Of a stretch of DNA of 64,000 nucleotides, positions 39,760 through 52,150 are shown piece by piece. Location: positions 372,001 through 436,000 of the forward strand of contig JAYWIR010000011.1 in NCBI GenBank assembly GCA_036172245.1, read 5' to 3'. Source of the stretch: Raillietiella orientalis (taxonomy: Eukaryota). Below the pieces are notes generated by a model. The model was not told the origin of the DNA. It did no database searches and saw nothing but the letters and a program-made list of their open reading frames with translations. Made by a program: the position numbers and the translations under genes. The number at the start of each line of letters is the position of its first letter. The stretch's first letter is position 1.

Positions 39760-39863
39760 GCGCTTGCCCAGGGAAGAGCAGGAGCAAAAGTAGCCCCACA
39801 GCGGCTCCTCGAAGAACCGACCGACCTTCTCCCTCCCCCGCCTTTCCTCGGTGCCCTGGAAGC
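39760..39863 (+). repeat. Direct repeat copy 2, within a second endonuclease fragment (~39550-39870, minus strand)
   Basis: Matches 38177-38280. Followed on the minus strand by an SDL...W remnant resembling APE SDH...WKLN. Confidence 0.85.
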
Positions 39864-40979
39864 GGGTCACCTCATCAGCAAGTCCCTTCTCGCGACGCTC
39901 CCGCACGCTCGCCCAGGGGCACGCGACCATGGGCACGACCCCTACCACCACCCTACGAGTCTGCGGGCGCAAGGCGCGGAAGACGCCCGGAAGCCGGACC
40001 GTTCTCCGGGGCAGACCGCGCCGCACGGGCCCGGTCGACCTCCTTCGGCGAATTTTCCGCCAGCCACGCAGCGCTGCGGAGGCCAACCGGCCGGCCAGCC
40101 ACGACGGCTACCGGACCACCCGCCCTCTGCCCCTTCCAGCAATTTCAAGGGTCGTGTCCGCGGGACGGGGCACGCAACGAAAGGTAGAGCGACGACCGGG
40201 TCACCGCCGAAGTCGCGCAGGTTCCGGCAAGAGGAGGAGCAGCGCGCAAAGAAGGCGTCTTGCCACACTGGCGCGCGCGCGCGCGCCAGCGCACCCCATG
40301 AAGGACAGGCGAAGCGGCGTCACCTGAGCCCCCCCCCCCCTCGCGCCTTTCTCGATGCAGGAGGAAGCACCGCGCCCTCCGAGCCGCAGGGCGCAATGCC
40401 AGCGGAGGGCAGCTGGAAGCTGTTGCGATGCGCGCGCAGCCACGCGGCTGAGGGAAGGGGGGGAAGGGGAGGGACCCTGCAGGCGAAGACGCCTGCGGGT
40501 CTTCACGGAGACCGAAGCCGCCAGGGAGCCGCGTCGACCCGACGGGGCGCCTTTCCGACCGCTCCCCGAGCGCGCCGGGGCCGGCATCCGAAGCGCTCGG
40601 GGCACCCGGAAGCTGTAGCCCCCAGCCCGCAGCTGAAGCTCCGCAACAGGAGCTGCCCTCTTCCGACAGACGGAAGCGCGCGCAGGCGATCAGCACGCGT
40701 TTCCGCCTGGGACCTCCCCCCTGGCACGCTTCCGTCTGGGAGCCTTCCGCGGCGAGAGAGCCCTCGCCCCTGGCACGCGGCAGGAATGCGCGCGATAAAA
40801 CTCGTCGTCGCGGGCGTTGCGAACGGCCGCCTCCCCTCCCCCGCCCCCTCCCACGACATTCCGGCGCCAACCTCCTGCCAAGCCACAGCACCCTGCGTTT
40901 CCATGCGACCTGTTCGTGGCGACCACATCAGCAAATGCCGCTTAGCTTGCTCAGGGCGCCGCGTCGCTTCGGGTCTCCA

Positions 40980-41900
40980 CAGTGGCACAGCGACCGACCG
41001 CTCCCCGGTCTATTGGCCGGGAGGTCGGCCGAGTAGTATGGGGGAGTAGTATTGGGGGGAGGCAGGCGTCTGAGAACCCACTCGCCCACGGAACCACCAA
41101 GCCCCATGGAGCTGCGCCCACCTGGGAGAACGAAGGAAGGCAAGTGCTGCGGCCGGGTCTTCCCGCCTGGGCGCTCCGAGCGCTGCGCCCCCCCCCCCCC
41201 CCCCCGATGGATGGAAAGCGCCGACGGGCAGCAAGAGTAGAAGGCGATCCCGCGGCGCCCAGAGAACTGGTTGCAAGAGACGAAGCCGCAGACACGGAGG
41301 GCTGGAAGACCATTCCAGGAGTGCTTGGTCACACAGAGCCCCCCATGGAACCTAAGGTAAGTCGATGCAATCGTGGCCACGCCAACGCGCCACCGTCACC
41401 AGGCATCGCACCAGACAGATGGAGCAAGGCGTCCTTTCTCCCTACACGCACACCTCTGCATTCAAAGGCCACCTCGCGCGCGCGACGCCGCGGCGAGCAA
41501 TTATCGAAGCTGCTGTCCACGCTCCTGGCCGAGGGCCCTTGCGGGCAAACCTGGAAAACCGCTGGTTCCAAAATCCACCCCGACAACATCCACCCTGTTG
41601 GCCGAGATGGACGCGCAGCTGCTCGCAGGAACACCCCGGTGACCGCGTGTTCGTGGGTCTCCAGACGCGGACACGCTGGGTAACCTTCGACTCGCAAGAA
41701 AAGCCCGCTGAGACGACAGAGAGACGTGAGACCGGCAGTACCGACTCGTGAGGCACTGCTCCCAGCATCCGGCGCCAGCCGACTCGTGTGGTGCAGAGCC
41801 AGTGGCGGCTCTGGTGCTCCGGCCGCCGGCGACGTGCCCCAGAAGTGGCTGACGGGTGAAACTCGGAATCCGCGGAACATGCAGAAACTCTCTCGTGAGC
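40980..41900 (+). mobile_element. Possible Ty3/gypsy-like remnant (PBS-like site plus gag start)
   Basis: ca-g-TGGCACAGCGA at 40980-40993 resembles an LTR end followed by a PBS. PENWLQE / ADTEGWK at ~41258-41310 resembles gag WLxxxExxAxxxGW across a frameshift. Confidence 0.3.
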
Positions 41901-43644
41901 AGCCGATCGTGCAAAAGAGTGGAAGGTGGTAAGAGGAGGAAAGCTGGACCTGCTCGCGCGACCTCGTCTGAGCGTCGCGGATTCTGGAGAAACCTTGTCG
42001 CATCCCACGAGGGGCGGGGCTCGAGACGGAGATGGGGGGGGGGGGAAGCAGGGCACACGAATAGAGTGAGGGGGGGGGGGGACAGAGTGCAAACAATCCG
42101 GGGGGAGGGCGTTGGGAAGGGATGCAAGACGAACGGAGCCCTTCAAAGGCGGAAGCTTCCATTTCCGTGCACGCTGAAGAGCCGAACGACGCGAGACCAC
42201 CGGGTCGGTCGGAGCAACAAAAGCACGCGGATGGGGACCACAGGACGCGGACCCACAATGAAGTCCGCCGGAGGAGGGCCACGCGAATTCCGCGTGGGCT
42301 TTGCAGAGCCACAGTGGGTGGGTGGTTTTAGCGATGGCATGGAAAAGAGTAGCGCCGTAGAACCGACGGCACACCTCGTCGCGTCCCTCCCTCCCCCACT
42401 CGAACGGCAGCCGTGCTTTGACATCCGGTTGCGCAGGGACGTCGTGGCAGGCCAAGCTCCCTGCATGCAGAAACACGAAAAGATGCTGATCCCGTTCACA
42501 GGCCCATCTTTCGTTTTTTCTTTTCTTTTCTTTCTACCAGCAAAATCGAACAGCACGAAGCTTTTTCATAATCGGCGCAAGGAAACTGCAATCAGAACGG
42601 GCCCCGGATTTTTGACGCTGGAGACGGAGCACACGACTGGGCCCTATTTCTTGAAATACAAACTTCCAAAGGTTTTCCTGCTTCCATTGTGTGTGTGTGG
42701 GGGGGGGGGGGGGGAAGTGTTTCGAAGACCATCACGGGCACGCAGATTTTCACTTAGCTGGTGCTTGCGAGTTCGAGAGGACTCGGCCGTGCGAGTCGGG
42801 GAAGTCGCAAGCAAGCGCACGTGTACACCCGATGCACGCGTGTACGCCGTTGCCAGTGCACGCGTACGTGCACGCTCATGCCGGCGCCCAGAAACGCAGC
42901 TTTGTAACACTTTCCTGGCAAAACACGAGAAGGTGCTTCGGCACGCCGACAAGCAGGAAGGGGAGGATTCTTTCGCCGGCCGCTCCACGCAGGGGCTCAG
43001 CACAACGAACTGATTCACTACGAAGAACGTTCGCCTTTAATGACGACGGATCCTGTCAAGCTCGGCTGCGCGGATACAACACGCTCAAAGAACATCATTT
43101 CAAACAACATGTATTCGCAATAAATAATCAACTTTCCCAGCACCGGACTCCGTGTAGTACGGGTGCTGGCAATTCTCGACAGAGCTGAGAGACAACTGAG
43201 AGGGAGAGGGAAAGAAAGAAAACGATATGCAACGCAAGGAAGGCACGTGAACTTCGAATGAAGAGAGCAGCCCGGGATGAGGGAAGGGGCTGGGGATTAC
43301 TCAACAGCTCCAAGTACTGCAACACACACGGCTCGTTGCACTGATCATAAACGTGGAAACAACAACGAGGGGGACCCCAAAAAAAAAAAGGAAAAAACGA
43401 GAACGCACATCCACACTGGGACGCCTTTCTACCAGTCGTCTTTTGTGCACACATGGCTATCACCACAAGAGATCTCTGCAATCGTTGTTTACTCTGCGAA
43501 TGCAGGGAAAAAAGTTCGTGAACCCTGCAGAGATGCCAGAGGAAGCGGGGTAGCTGGCAGCAGGGAGACAACCACATCCTGGGGAAGAACCACGGCTCGC
43601 ACGACGATAACTTTTTCCAAGATGGAAATCACGACTAATGACCA

Positions 43645-44155
43645 CTACTGATTCTTGGCATCCCCACGTATGGTGTCGATCTTCGCGCAGATCTTCAGCG
43701 CAGGCCCCAGTTTCATGGACATGGCGCTCATCAAATGATCCTCCTTGAGCAGCACCAGTGCCTGACCATCGATCTCCTGGAGCACAAAGTCTTCTGCGTA
43801 CTCGTTGCACCCAGGAATGGCTCGCACAAAGTCGCAAACTTCGGCGACTGTCCACTTGACTGGGTTCACACTTGAGGGGGCTGAGGATTCAGGGTCCACA
43901 CTGACTGCAAGGAGGGCATCCACACTATTGTCCGTAGGAGGATTGTCTGGGCAGTGGTGATGGAGATGGTGGTGGTGGTGGTGCTGCTGCTGTGGCTGCT
44001 GCTGATGGTGATCTTCCTGAGTCCATGCTTTGTTGTCACTGTTGCCACCACCACTGCTGCTGTGCTCATCTTGGCTAGGAGGAGAAGCTTCATCAGTCTT
44101 GTCATTCCATCCTTGTGTGGGTGTTGGGGGAGGCAGTGGGTTGACAGCAGTGAAC
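43645..44155 (-). CDS. ph: ph last exon (His/Gln linker plus SAM domain)
   Basis: Acceptor tttttccag|G at 44156/44155; SAM consensus; stop at 43645. Confidence 0.95.
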
Positions 44156-46963
44156 CTGGAAAAAAGTAACCAGAGAGGAAGACCAAATGTGAAGGAACAA
44201 ACACAAATACATGTAAAGCATAGGGGAGGAGGGCACCCACCTTTTGGCACAGGCATTACTGCAGAACTTTTTGGACTGTTTCATGCGCATCCTGCCTTTG
44301 ACCTTGCCACACCACTCACACTTGCTTGTCTCCTTGGATGGACTCTTCAGCTGCTGTCGTTTGGCTACAGGAAAGAGGGAAGACACACCACCAAATTATA
44401 AGAAGGAACCATTGCACACTCCTCACCTGGAGGCTCGCCATTCTCCATTACAACAAGATTGTCCTTGTTTTTGTTAGCACCCTTCTGCTGCTCAGCTGTG
44501 CTGGGCTTGTTGGAAAGGAAAGGCTCTGGGCCCTCTTGGATAACATAACCATCTATCACATGTGTAAGCACATGGGGCTTGATCCATGCCTTCTGGGGCA
44601 CTTTGTCTGTTCGGGACACTTCTGGGTCTGATGTTGGAGGAGCACCATCTAGGTTTTCAAGTCGGGGGAAGGTGCTGGTCTTCTTGGCTGTGTGTAGATG
44701 ATGAAAGGAAAAAGAAGGGAGACAAGGAAAAAAATTAGTGAGCCTGGTGAAACTGCAAACAAATTACGGGAAGAAAGAAAGTTCCCACATAGCTAGCAAT
44801 AACGTCCTTCCCCCCCCCCACCTCTCTCTCTTCCCCTCCCCCCAATAAAACCTGAGCTTTTCTGGAAAGAAAATTAAGACAGAAGAGAACTTCCCACCCA
44901 CCCATACCACCAAAAAGAAAAAAGAAAAAAAAGGCATAGCTTACAATCAAACTCAAACACATGGTGGTCACCATTGACTTGCTCATTGGCCTGCAGCGGC
45001 AACAGTTTGGATACATCAACCTTGTCACCATCTACCACTGTAGAAGGGGAACCAGGGGGAGCACCTGGCTTTGCCATCATCACAGACTTAATGACGCCTC
45101 CGTCAGCAGGGCTAGGGCAAGGAGAAATAGATGGGGAACCCACTGGACTGGGAGAACGCAGGTGATGGTCACCTGTCCTTGCCACCACAGGACCAGTACC
45201 ATTGGCAACACTGATGGACACAGAGGGTGGGTTAGGGACAGCGAAAGTAGCCACACGAGTATTGCCATCAGGAGAAACACTCTTTTGGACAGCGGTGGAA
45301 GCAACATTGCCAGGAAGGATTGCTGATGGCAGAGGCATATGCTGTGGGATGTGGTGGATTGGTGCCTGCGGCTGCACAGCTTTAGAAGGTGTGTGTAGGA
45401 CATTAACCAGCAGTGGCATGTGCTTTGCACTACCACCCTCTTCCTTCACAGGATTCTTCAGATTGGGTGATGCTCTGCTGTTGGGCCGACTACGAGCCTT
45501 GACCTGTGGTACATTGAAGCATGAATAAGTGAGGGAAGAAAGAATGAGGTATGGAAGAATGCAAAAAAAGGGAAGGAAGGTTGACCCAACTGACCCCATA
45601 TCCTTCCTTTCTCCTATCCTCCAAGCTGTTTACCTGAGGCTTCTGTCCCTGAGACATGTTGACACTAACCAGGGTCTGTGTGGAAACTGAGCTGGCTGGA
45701 CGCTTCTGGTTTGTCGATGGCAGCAAAAACCCCCGAGGGTTAGGTTTGGGTTGAATATTGGTAGTCATACTTATACTTTCCACACCAGTACGTGACTTGC
45801 TTAGCTGCTGCATTGCAACACCCTGGCCAGGAATCTGGGCTGGAGAGATGAAAGGGGGACAACATGCAACAAAGGGGAAGGGGGGCAACTCACCAGTCTG
45901 GTTTGCTTGGATGGCTGCCTGTGCTGCAGCACCCTGAACATAGACACCTTCCTGTTGACCAGAACGGATGAAAATTGGGTTCTGTGCAAGGAAAGCTTGT
46001 GAAGTCTGAAGGGTCTGAGGCGATGTAGCCCAGGTGATGCCCTGTGACAGATGGGCAGCACCAAATGCTTTCTGGATGTCCCCTGGCTTTGCAACAGTGC
46101 AAGTGACATTGGAGTTAGGTAGGATGTTGGGTTGTGAACTGATGACCCCAAGTGGACTGATGACAAGTGTCTGGTTGGCACATGTAGTTGGGATTGAGTA
46201 GCTAGCAGAGACTGAAGGGTGGGCTGGCTGCAGCATTGGTTTGCCACCTGGACCTGTGGTAGTTGTGAGCATGTGTGTGCCTGGGGGTAGCTGGTTGGGC
46301 AAAGCAGCCTTGCCTGCTGTGATAACCTGCAAAGGCAGAGAGATAAAAGAGGAAAGGTGACTGGAATCGAAAATGTGGGGATGAAGAGCTCCTCTCTCGT
46401 CTATCCTGAGCATTTCCCACTGTTAAAATACTGCTAATTAAAGTTGAAAACTAAACTTCAACCAGTTTCATTTATTGTAAAAGATGGAAATTAGAAGTGG
46501 AATGGAGGGGAAAATACACAAAAAAGGGGATGGCTCACCTGTATGGGGGAATTCATTCCAGCAGGCTGCAGGGCGATGTTTCCTGGCATGAGCAGCTGCC
46601 CCTGGGTGTTGTACAGCTGTGGCAGGTATGGCCCCTGGAGAGGCTGCTGGATGACTTGAACCTAAGAGGAAAGATCTCATGGTAGAAAAGGAAGGATGAG
46701 GGTGAGCAAGCCCCAGGAGGCTGCTGTTTGGCAAACTCACACACATCGGCGTTGTGTTCCCTTGGTCATCAGTTTTCCAGGCCCACTGCTCTCTCACTTG
46801 CTGTGGCATTGGTGAAGGAGGTGGAACACCTGGATGAGCAAGGCCTGTTTGGGTAGGACCAGGACTGATTCCCTGGAAACAACAACACACAGGCAGTTGC
46901 ACAGTGTGAACAATGAAGCCCTTCTCTCTTACCTGCTGCTGCTGCTGCTGCTGCTGTTGCTGT

Positions 46964-47001
<38 letters not shown>

Positions 47002-47607
47002 TTGTTGTTGTTGTGAGTGCATCTGTGATGAGACCTAGAGGCAACAGGGAGAGTCATGCCACATGCAGGGGAGATTAGGGACCACACAGGCACACAGAAA
47101 TGCCCAACCTCTCCCCCCCCCCATTCCATTGCCATCCAGAAACAACACAAAGACTGACCTCATTTGCAGTACACGTCCACAGAAGCTTAAGAAAAAGAAA
47201 AAGAAACTTTCAGAGAGAAGCTAGCAATAACACAGCAAATTTTTACTCTTGGGAGTGAAGGTGAATAAGATGGGGTGGGGTGAGAAGCAGGGTACGACTG
47301 AGCAATGAAAATCAGTAGGAGGGAGAGTTAATGATTGGTGCTTTTTACTGCTGTTTAAGTGAGGAAACCTCTTATAACTATGGATTCTACTGCTGTATTA
47401 TTATTAGGATGATATGGTTAAGAATGTGATCAATTTTTTGTTGCTACTTGAACTGCTGTGGTCGAAAGATGTTTTTGTGGGTACCTGGGCAGGTTGCGGC
47501 GGCATCTGCGAGGATTGCATGACAGCTGTTACACTAACGCTGGGGATGGTCTGCTGAGAGCTCCCGCTGCTGTCCGCCGAAGCAGTCTTGTTCCCAGACT
47601 CGCTCAT
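43645..47607 (-). CDS. ph: Polyhomeotic / PHC-family PRC1 subunit, 10 coding exons, 838 aa: join(47607-47485, 47034-46933, 46872-46798, 46661-46539, 46326-45894, 45839-45634, 45503-44945, 44687-44427, 44364-44241, 44155-43645)
   Basis: All 9 introns are GT-AG and phase-compatible; spliced length is 2517 nt with no internal stop. HD1: KAWIKPHVLTHVIDGYVIQEGPEPF. FCS finger: CEWCGK...KKFCSNACAKR. C-terminal SAM: WTVAEVCDFVRAIPGCNEYAEDF..QEIDGQALVLLKEDHLMSAMSMKLGPALKI. Q-rich N-terminus. Confidence 0.95.
44241..44364 (-). CDS. ph: ph exon 9 (FCS zinc finger)
   Basis: cctgtag|CC acceptor and AG|gtgggt donor; CxxC...FCSxxC. Confidence 0.92.
44427..44687 (-). CDS. ph: ph exon 8 (HD1 domain)
   Basis: acacag|CC acceptor and CAG|gtgagg donor; LTHVIDGYVIQEGPEPF. 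Confidence 0.92.
46933..47013 (-). repeat. CAG/CAA repeat encoding Q27 in ph exon 2
   Basis: 27 consecutive Gln codons ending at the CAG|gtaaga donor. Confidence 0.95.
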
Positions 47608-48042
47608 CTCACCAGAGCCGGTCTCTAAACGGAGCTCATGCTTTCTTTCGTTTCTCCTCTCTCTGTGTGGTTTCGTTTTTTTTTAATGGTTCAAAAGGTA
47701 CTGTTTGAAGGGGAGGCAAGATTCGTATAGTTCCATTACAAGAAGCATCACGGGAACTGAAGAGAAAAACATAACTTTGGTACAGTGTCTCGAGTAGATT
47801 AGCCGATCATTGTGCAGACGATCGCGAACCTTCAAAAACAAAACGAGAGAAAGACCGAAGGTTAGAGGTGACCATGAGAAGATCCAGGCTGCAAACGCAC
47901 GGGTGTCGAGTTCCCTTCCTTCCCCAATCCTCAGGAGGAAACGGTCTATCATCCTCCTTAAAACGAGTGGCTCGCAGCAGGCTGGAGGTGCACGCAAGGT
48001 TGGCAAACCAAAGCCTTCCGCGAAAGACCGGTTTCCTTTTAC

Positions 48043-48184
48043 CTGCATTCGAAAAACCTACGACACGCACAAGAATTGAAGAACAAACACCGAGGACGTC
48101 AAGAAGGACAAGATACACACATGCCTCTCTCGACTCTACGAGGGTCTTTTCCATTTCGGAAATTCGAACGTATCGCTTCAGAAG
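48043..48184 (-). other. Predicted non-coding 5' UTR exon of ph, spliced to an acceptor at 47700
   Basis: Long pyrimidine tract ending ttttttccctgcag| at 48185; donor CAG|gtaaaa at 48043/48042; acceptor cccttcaaacag| at 47701/47700. Confidence 0.55.
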
Positions 48185-48249
48185 CTGCAGGGAAAAAAGA
48201 ACAAGAAGGGGGAAAGAAAAAAAAAAAATTTTTTTTTTCCCCCATTTTC

Positions 48250-48570
48250 TTTTTCCGAAAAGCATCGCCATGGTAACGCCGATGCATTGTTTCCCCCTTC
48301 CCCCCCCCCCTCTTTCCCTTCCCCCTTCCTCCTCCTCTCCCTGCCTCTCTCGAGAGCGCTCGTTTTCTTTCTCCCCGCAGACGCGATTTAACGATCTCAG
48401 CCCCCCCCCCGTCAGAGCCTGATTGGCTTGAAGGCAGGGAACGTCCAATGCACAGCCAGATCGGCGTAGCGACGTCGGGCTTGCCTCCGACGGAGCGGAC
48501 AAACGGCGCTTGCGCGACGGCATCCAATGGGATCGCGCGAGCGGTTTCCTGGCGGCACGTCACCCGGCCT
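48250..48570. promoter_or_regulatory. CpG-rich proximal promoter-like region with three CCAAT boxes
   Basis: GATTGG at 48421, CCAAT at 48445 and 48524, ACGTCA at ~48557; lies between CpG-poor blocks. Confidence 0.4.
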
Positions 48571-49699
48571 CACACAAAATCCCGGCGCTCTCCACTTGCC
48601 TTTTCGTGCTCCCACGAATGCGTACGAACGCGTGCAGATGATGCATGCACACAGCTTTCGAGCTTCGCCTACACAAGGCCTGTTTTTTTTTTTTTTCTTT
48701 CTTTCTTTCTTTCCCTCCCTCCCCCCATCTGCACGCGCGGTCGTGTTGAAAACACGGAAAAAGGGGTGATCGAGAAACCGCTGCGGAAAAAAAAAAAAAA
48801 AACGCAGCGGCACCGATGCGAAGGCGAAACAACGAATTTTCGGATGGACATCAGAAAGTCAGCCCGTAGCCGCACGCTTGATTACGACTTTCAGATGAAG
48901 CTATTTCATTAACGTTCCTGTGTGACACGCAAGCCCGAATCCCTTCCACTCGCATTCCCGGCGGGAGGTTCGTTCGCTCGTTTCATTGGCTGAGGGCGGA
49001 CCGTCGCATTCCCGGATGCTCTCTGCCCGGCCGACCTCTCGCCGCGCATCGTACCATTCAAACGAAAATGCCTGCAGAAGGGCCTTAGCCTGAAGCCGCT
49101 CAGATTGGAGGTACGTTTGCTGATTTTACTTGCCGAGGGGCCTCGTATCCGATCCTTTGCGATTGTAGATAAATTAGACAGGAGAGGGCACCTATTTCCC
49201 TTTCGATTACTACTGTTACTACGGTCTGGTCCAGTAGGAGCAAAAAACCTCGCACAAACAGTTCTCACTTTTCAAACACACACATACATGCACATACTGC
49301 ATAAAGAATCACGGCATGCATCATCGGAAACTCACTCTCGGACTGATGACATGCAAATGATCCGCAGTGGCATCCTTCATCACGATGCCGAAGTTACCTT
49401 GGCGACTGGAACCACACACTCGTCTGCCATAACGAACGAAGACGGCTGGAAACTGTGTGATCACGAAGATGGCATGCACAACAACGTACTTTCATCGTGA
49501 GAGAAGGCACACCACAACCACGTCGGAAAACCTGGACACATGTTCGGTTGCAAAATCTTTCCGGTGCTGACCACAGGCAGAAGAAAGGAAAAAAAAATGG
49601 CAAAATCTATGGAAAACTCTGCCGTCCATTCACACGACGGAATTCATGTGAGCAATCGATACAATCGCAACCACTAACAGAAATCCCCTCAATAATAAT

Positions 49700-52150
49700 T
49701 TAGTAGTTCTGAATAATTACTTCCATTACAGCCAATCGATGGGTAGTTAAGGGTGGATAAAAGGCACTCGTCTTGAAACAAATGAAAAGTGAAATCTACT
49801 ACATCCAACTTGTAACACAATGAAACTTATCCGTTAGAGCTATTTTTCTAAAAGATGAATGCAACTTATAAAACAGCATCAAAAGTTTTTTAATAATTGC
49901 TATACAAATGAAAATTCACTGATTGTTTCAACAACCTTTGGCATATCCATACAAGAATTACAATGCCTCGTTGATGAAAAAAAAAACAATCAAAAACATA
50001 CAATCCTGACAAAAATTCAGAAAGGATCAGCGTCAAATCAATTGTTTGCCTTCACAAGCGCAAGGAAAACAGCCTTCTAAGACTGTTCCTAGACAATGAT
50101 CTTATAAATTACTTTGCAAATAACTAAACAGCCTGATCATCCAGCCTCAACAAATAATAATAGATGAAACTTTCAAAATTATTCCAAACAATAAATTGTT
50201 GTACGTGGAAAAACCAAAACATTTTGCCTCTTATGGAATTCCATCATTTGAGCAAAACATATGTGATAAACCTATCAGATGGAGCTGACTTCTCTAATGA
50301 AAACTAAGCAACTCTGAAATTTTAAAGCTTCTAAGAAACATTCTAAAAAATTGGCGAAATTCTTCACAGAATCACTTGGGCAGAGAGATTTACACAATTC
50401 TACTTTGATAATGTAGTAGTGCATGTATTACCACTTGTGATTCATGTGGATGAATTAAAATCTCTTAAGAATCATACAGATTATCTTCATATAGATTAAA
50501 CATTGAAAACACCCTAAACCTACTGCAAAAATTAACTTGGAATAGTTTTCATTACTACGTTGTTTAAAATTATAACAATGCAAAGCAAATCTTCACTTTG
50601 AATGCATTTCCATCCATCCAACCAGAGCAACTGACAATTCAATGCACTGATTGCAACCGTCCATTTTTAACATTTACACTTTTAATCCCCTCTAGGGCAA
50701 ATAATTACAAGAATTGTGCAAACGCTTTTAATAAAACACACCCACGTAAATACGAAGGTGATGATAAGTAACACTGAAACACACTCCAAATAAGAGTAAC
50801 AAGCTTTTAATTTGAGTACAAAAAAACAAGAACAGCATGACTAAAACAATAACAACATGATCCTCATTTAACAATAAACACGTAACTTACAATAAAGTTG
50901 CTATTGCATTTGAAAAGCATAACTTACTGATTTGCTGTTTAATTTCGACCAAAACTATTTAGTTCATGGCTTTGGAAAAAGCCAAGCACCCTTCCTCCAC
51001 AACATGCTAAATTCATACTGAATCAGCTGATACAATTAACACTGAGTTGCAACTTAAGTTGTACTGCCTGTCACTGTGATATAAAGTAAACAGAGGATTA
51101 GAAAAACATGAAGACAGCATAATCAACTTTACAACAGGAGTGGGGGATACTCTGATGCATTCCAGTTTCCATAAAATGCAACGGATTTCACCATAATGAA
51201 TTCCAAATGACCAGAAAGAACCGATTCAAAATCACCTGCATGACTTTTAAAAATTCAGCAAAAACAACTTGAATCAACAACTGCTTGATGAGGGACAATA
51301 AATATGTTATTGTGTATGAAACAAACAATGAAATCTATATATATGTAGTGCTCCCATGATTTAGCAAAAGTCAATGCTTTATTGTAGACAGAGTTTAGAA
51401 AAATCAAAACATTGATTCCTTATGGTAAACTATACAAATTGTTACCTACTACTCGGCAACAAGGATGACACAAGTGTACTAAGAAGAATTAGCAATTGGT
51501 CTTACTATTCCACACTCAAAAATCAACACTGATGGTGCCCTTTATTCCTGCTTTTTAGGGAGCTGGAATCCCACTTATAAAACTTATGAAGACTTTGTGA
51601 TTATTCCTCAACACATTAATGTACTTACATCAAATGAATAGACCAACACAAGGCATTAGATTCTTGGCAATCGAGATTAACTGCCAGAAAAACATTGCAG
51701 TTGAGCCATACCAGTAATTTCACATTTTTATAAACAAAACTATTCTCAATGCGTGATTTAAAATTTGTCTAAGCTTCTTGCACATGCTTTTGGGAAGCAA
51801 AAAAAAAAAAAAAAAAAAAGGAAATTCTGATCAATTTGCTTTCACCAGAGTGCTAACATTCAAGGGACTGCCATAGCATACTGCCATCTTGGAAACAAAA
51901 TACACGACAACAAATCTTTAGTGTGCTTTGTAACAATTTCGATATGTGCACTAATTTTGTGAACATGATGCGAGAAAAAAAAAAAAAAAAAGGAAAAACG
52001 GGCTGTGTAGTAAATTATTAACTCAGAATCGATACGACGACTCCCTTGGTTACTGTAAAGAGTGAAGTTTCCCACACAGAATGGAAACCCAAATGATTAC
52101 TCCACAGTGTTCAGAATGTGCTTACACTTTTATTATAGTGCTCAAACAGC
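49700..52150. other. AT-rich, CpG-poor non-coding block (possible long ph intron or other transcribed region)
   Basis: Abrupt composition change, almost no ORFs, and a strong excess of A over T on the plus strand. Confidence 0.6.

Noticed and set aside
1..42500. Dozens of overlapping 200-500 aa ORFs on both strands
   Set aside because: Arg/Gly/Pro/Ser-rich with no domains; expected from the scarcity of stop codons in very GC-rich DNA. Only motif remnants are retained.
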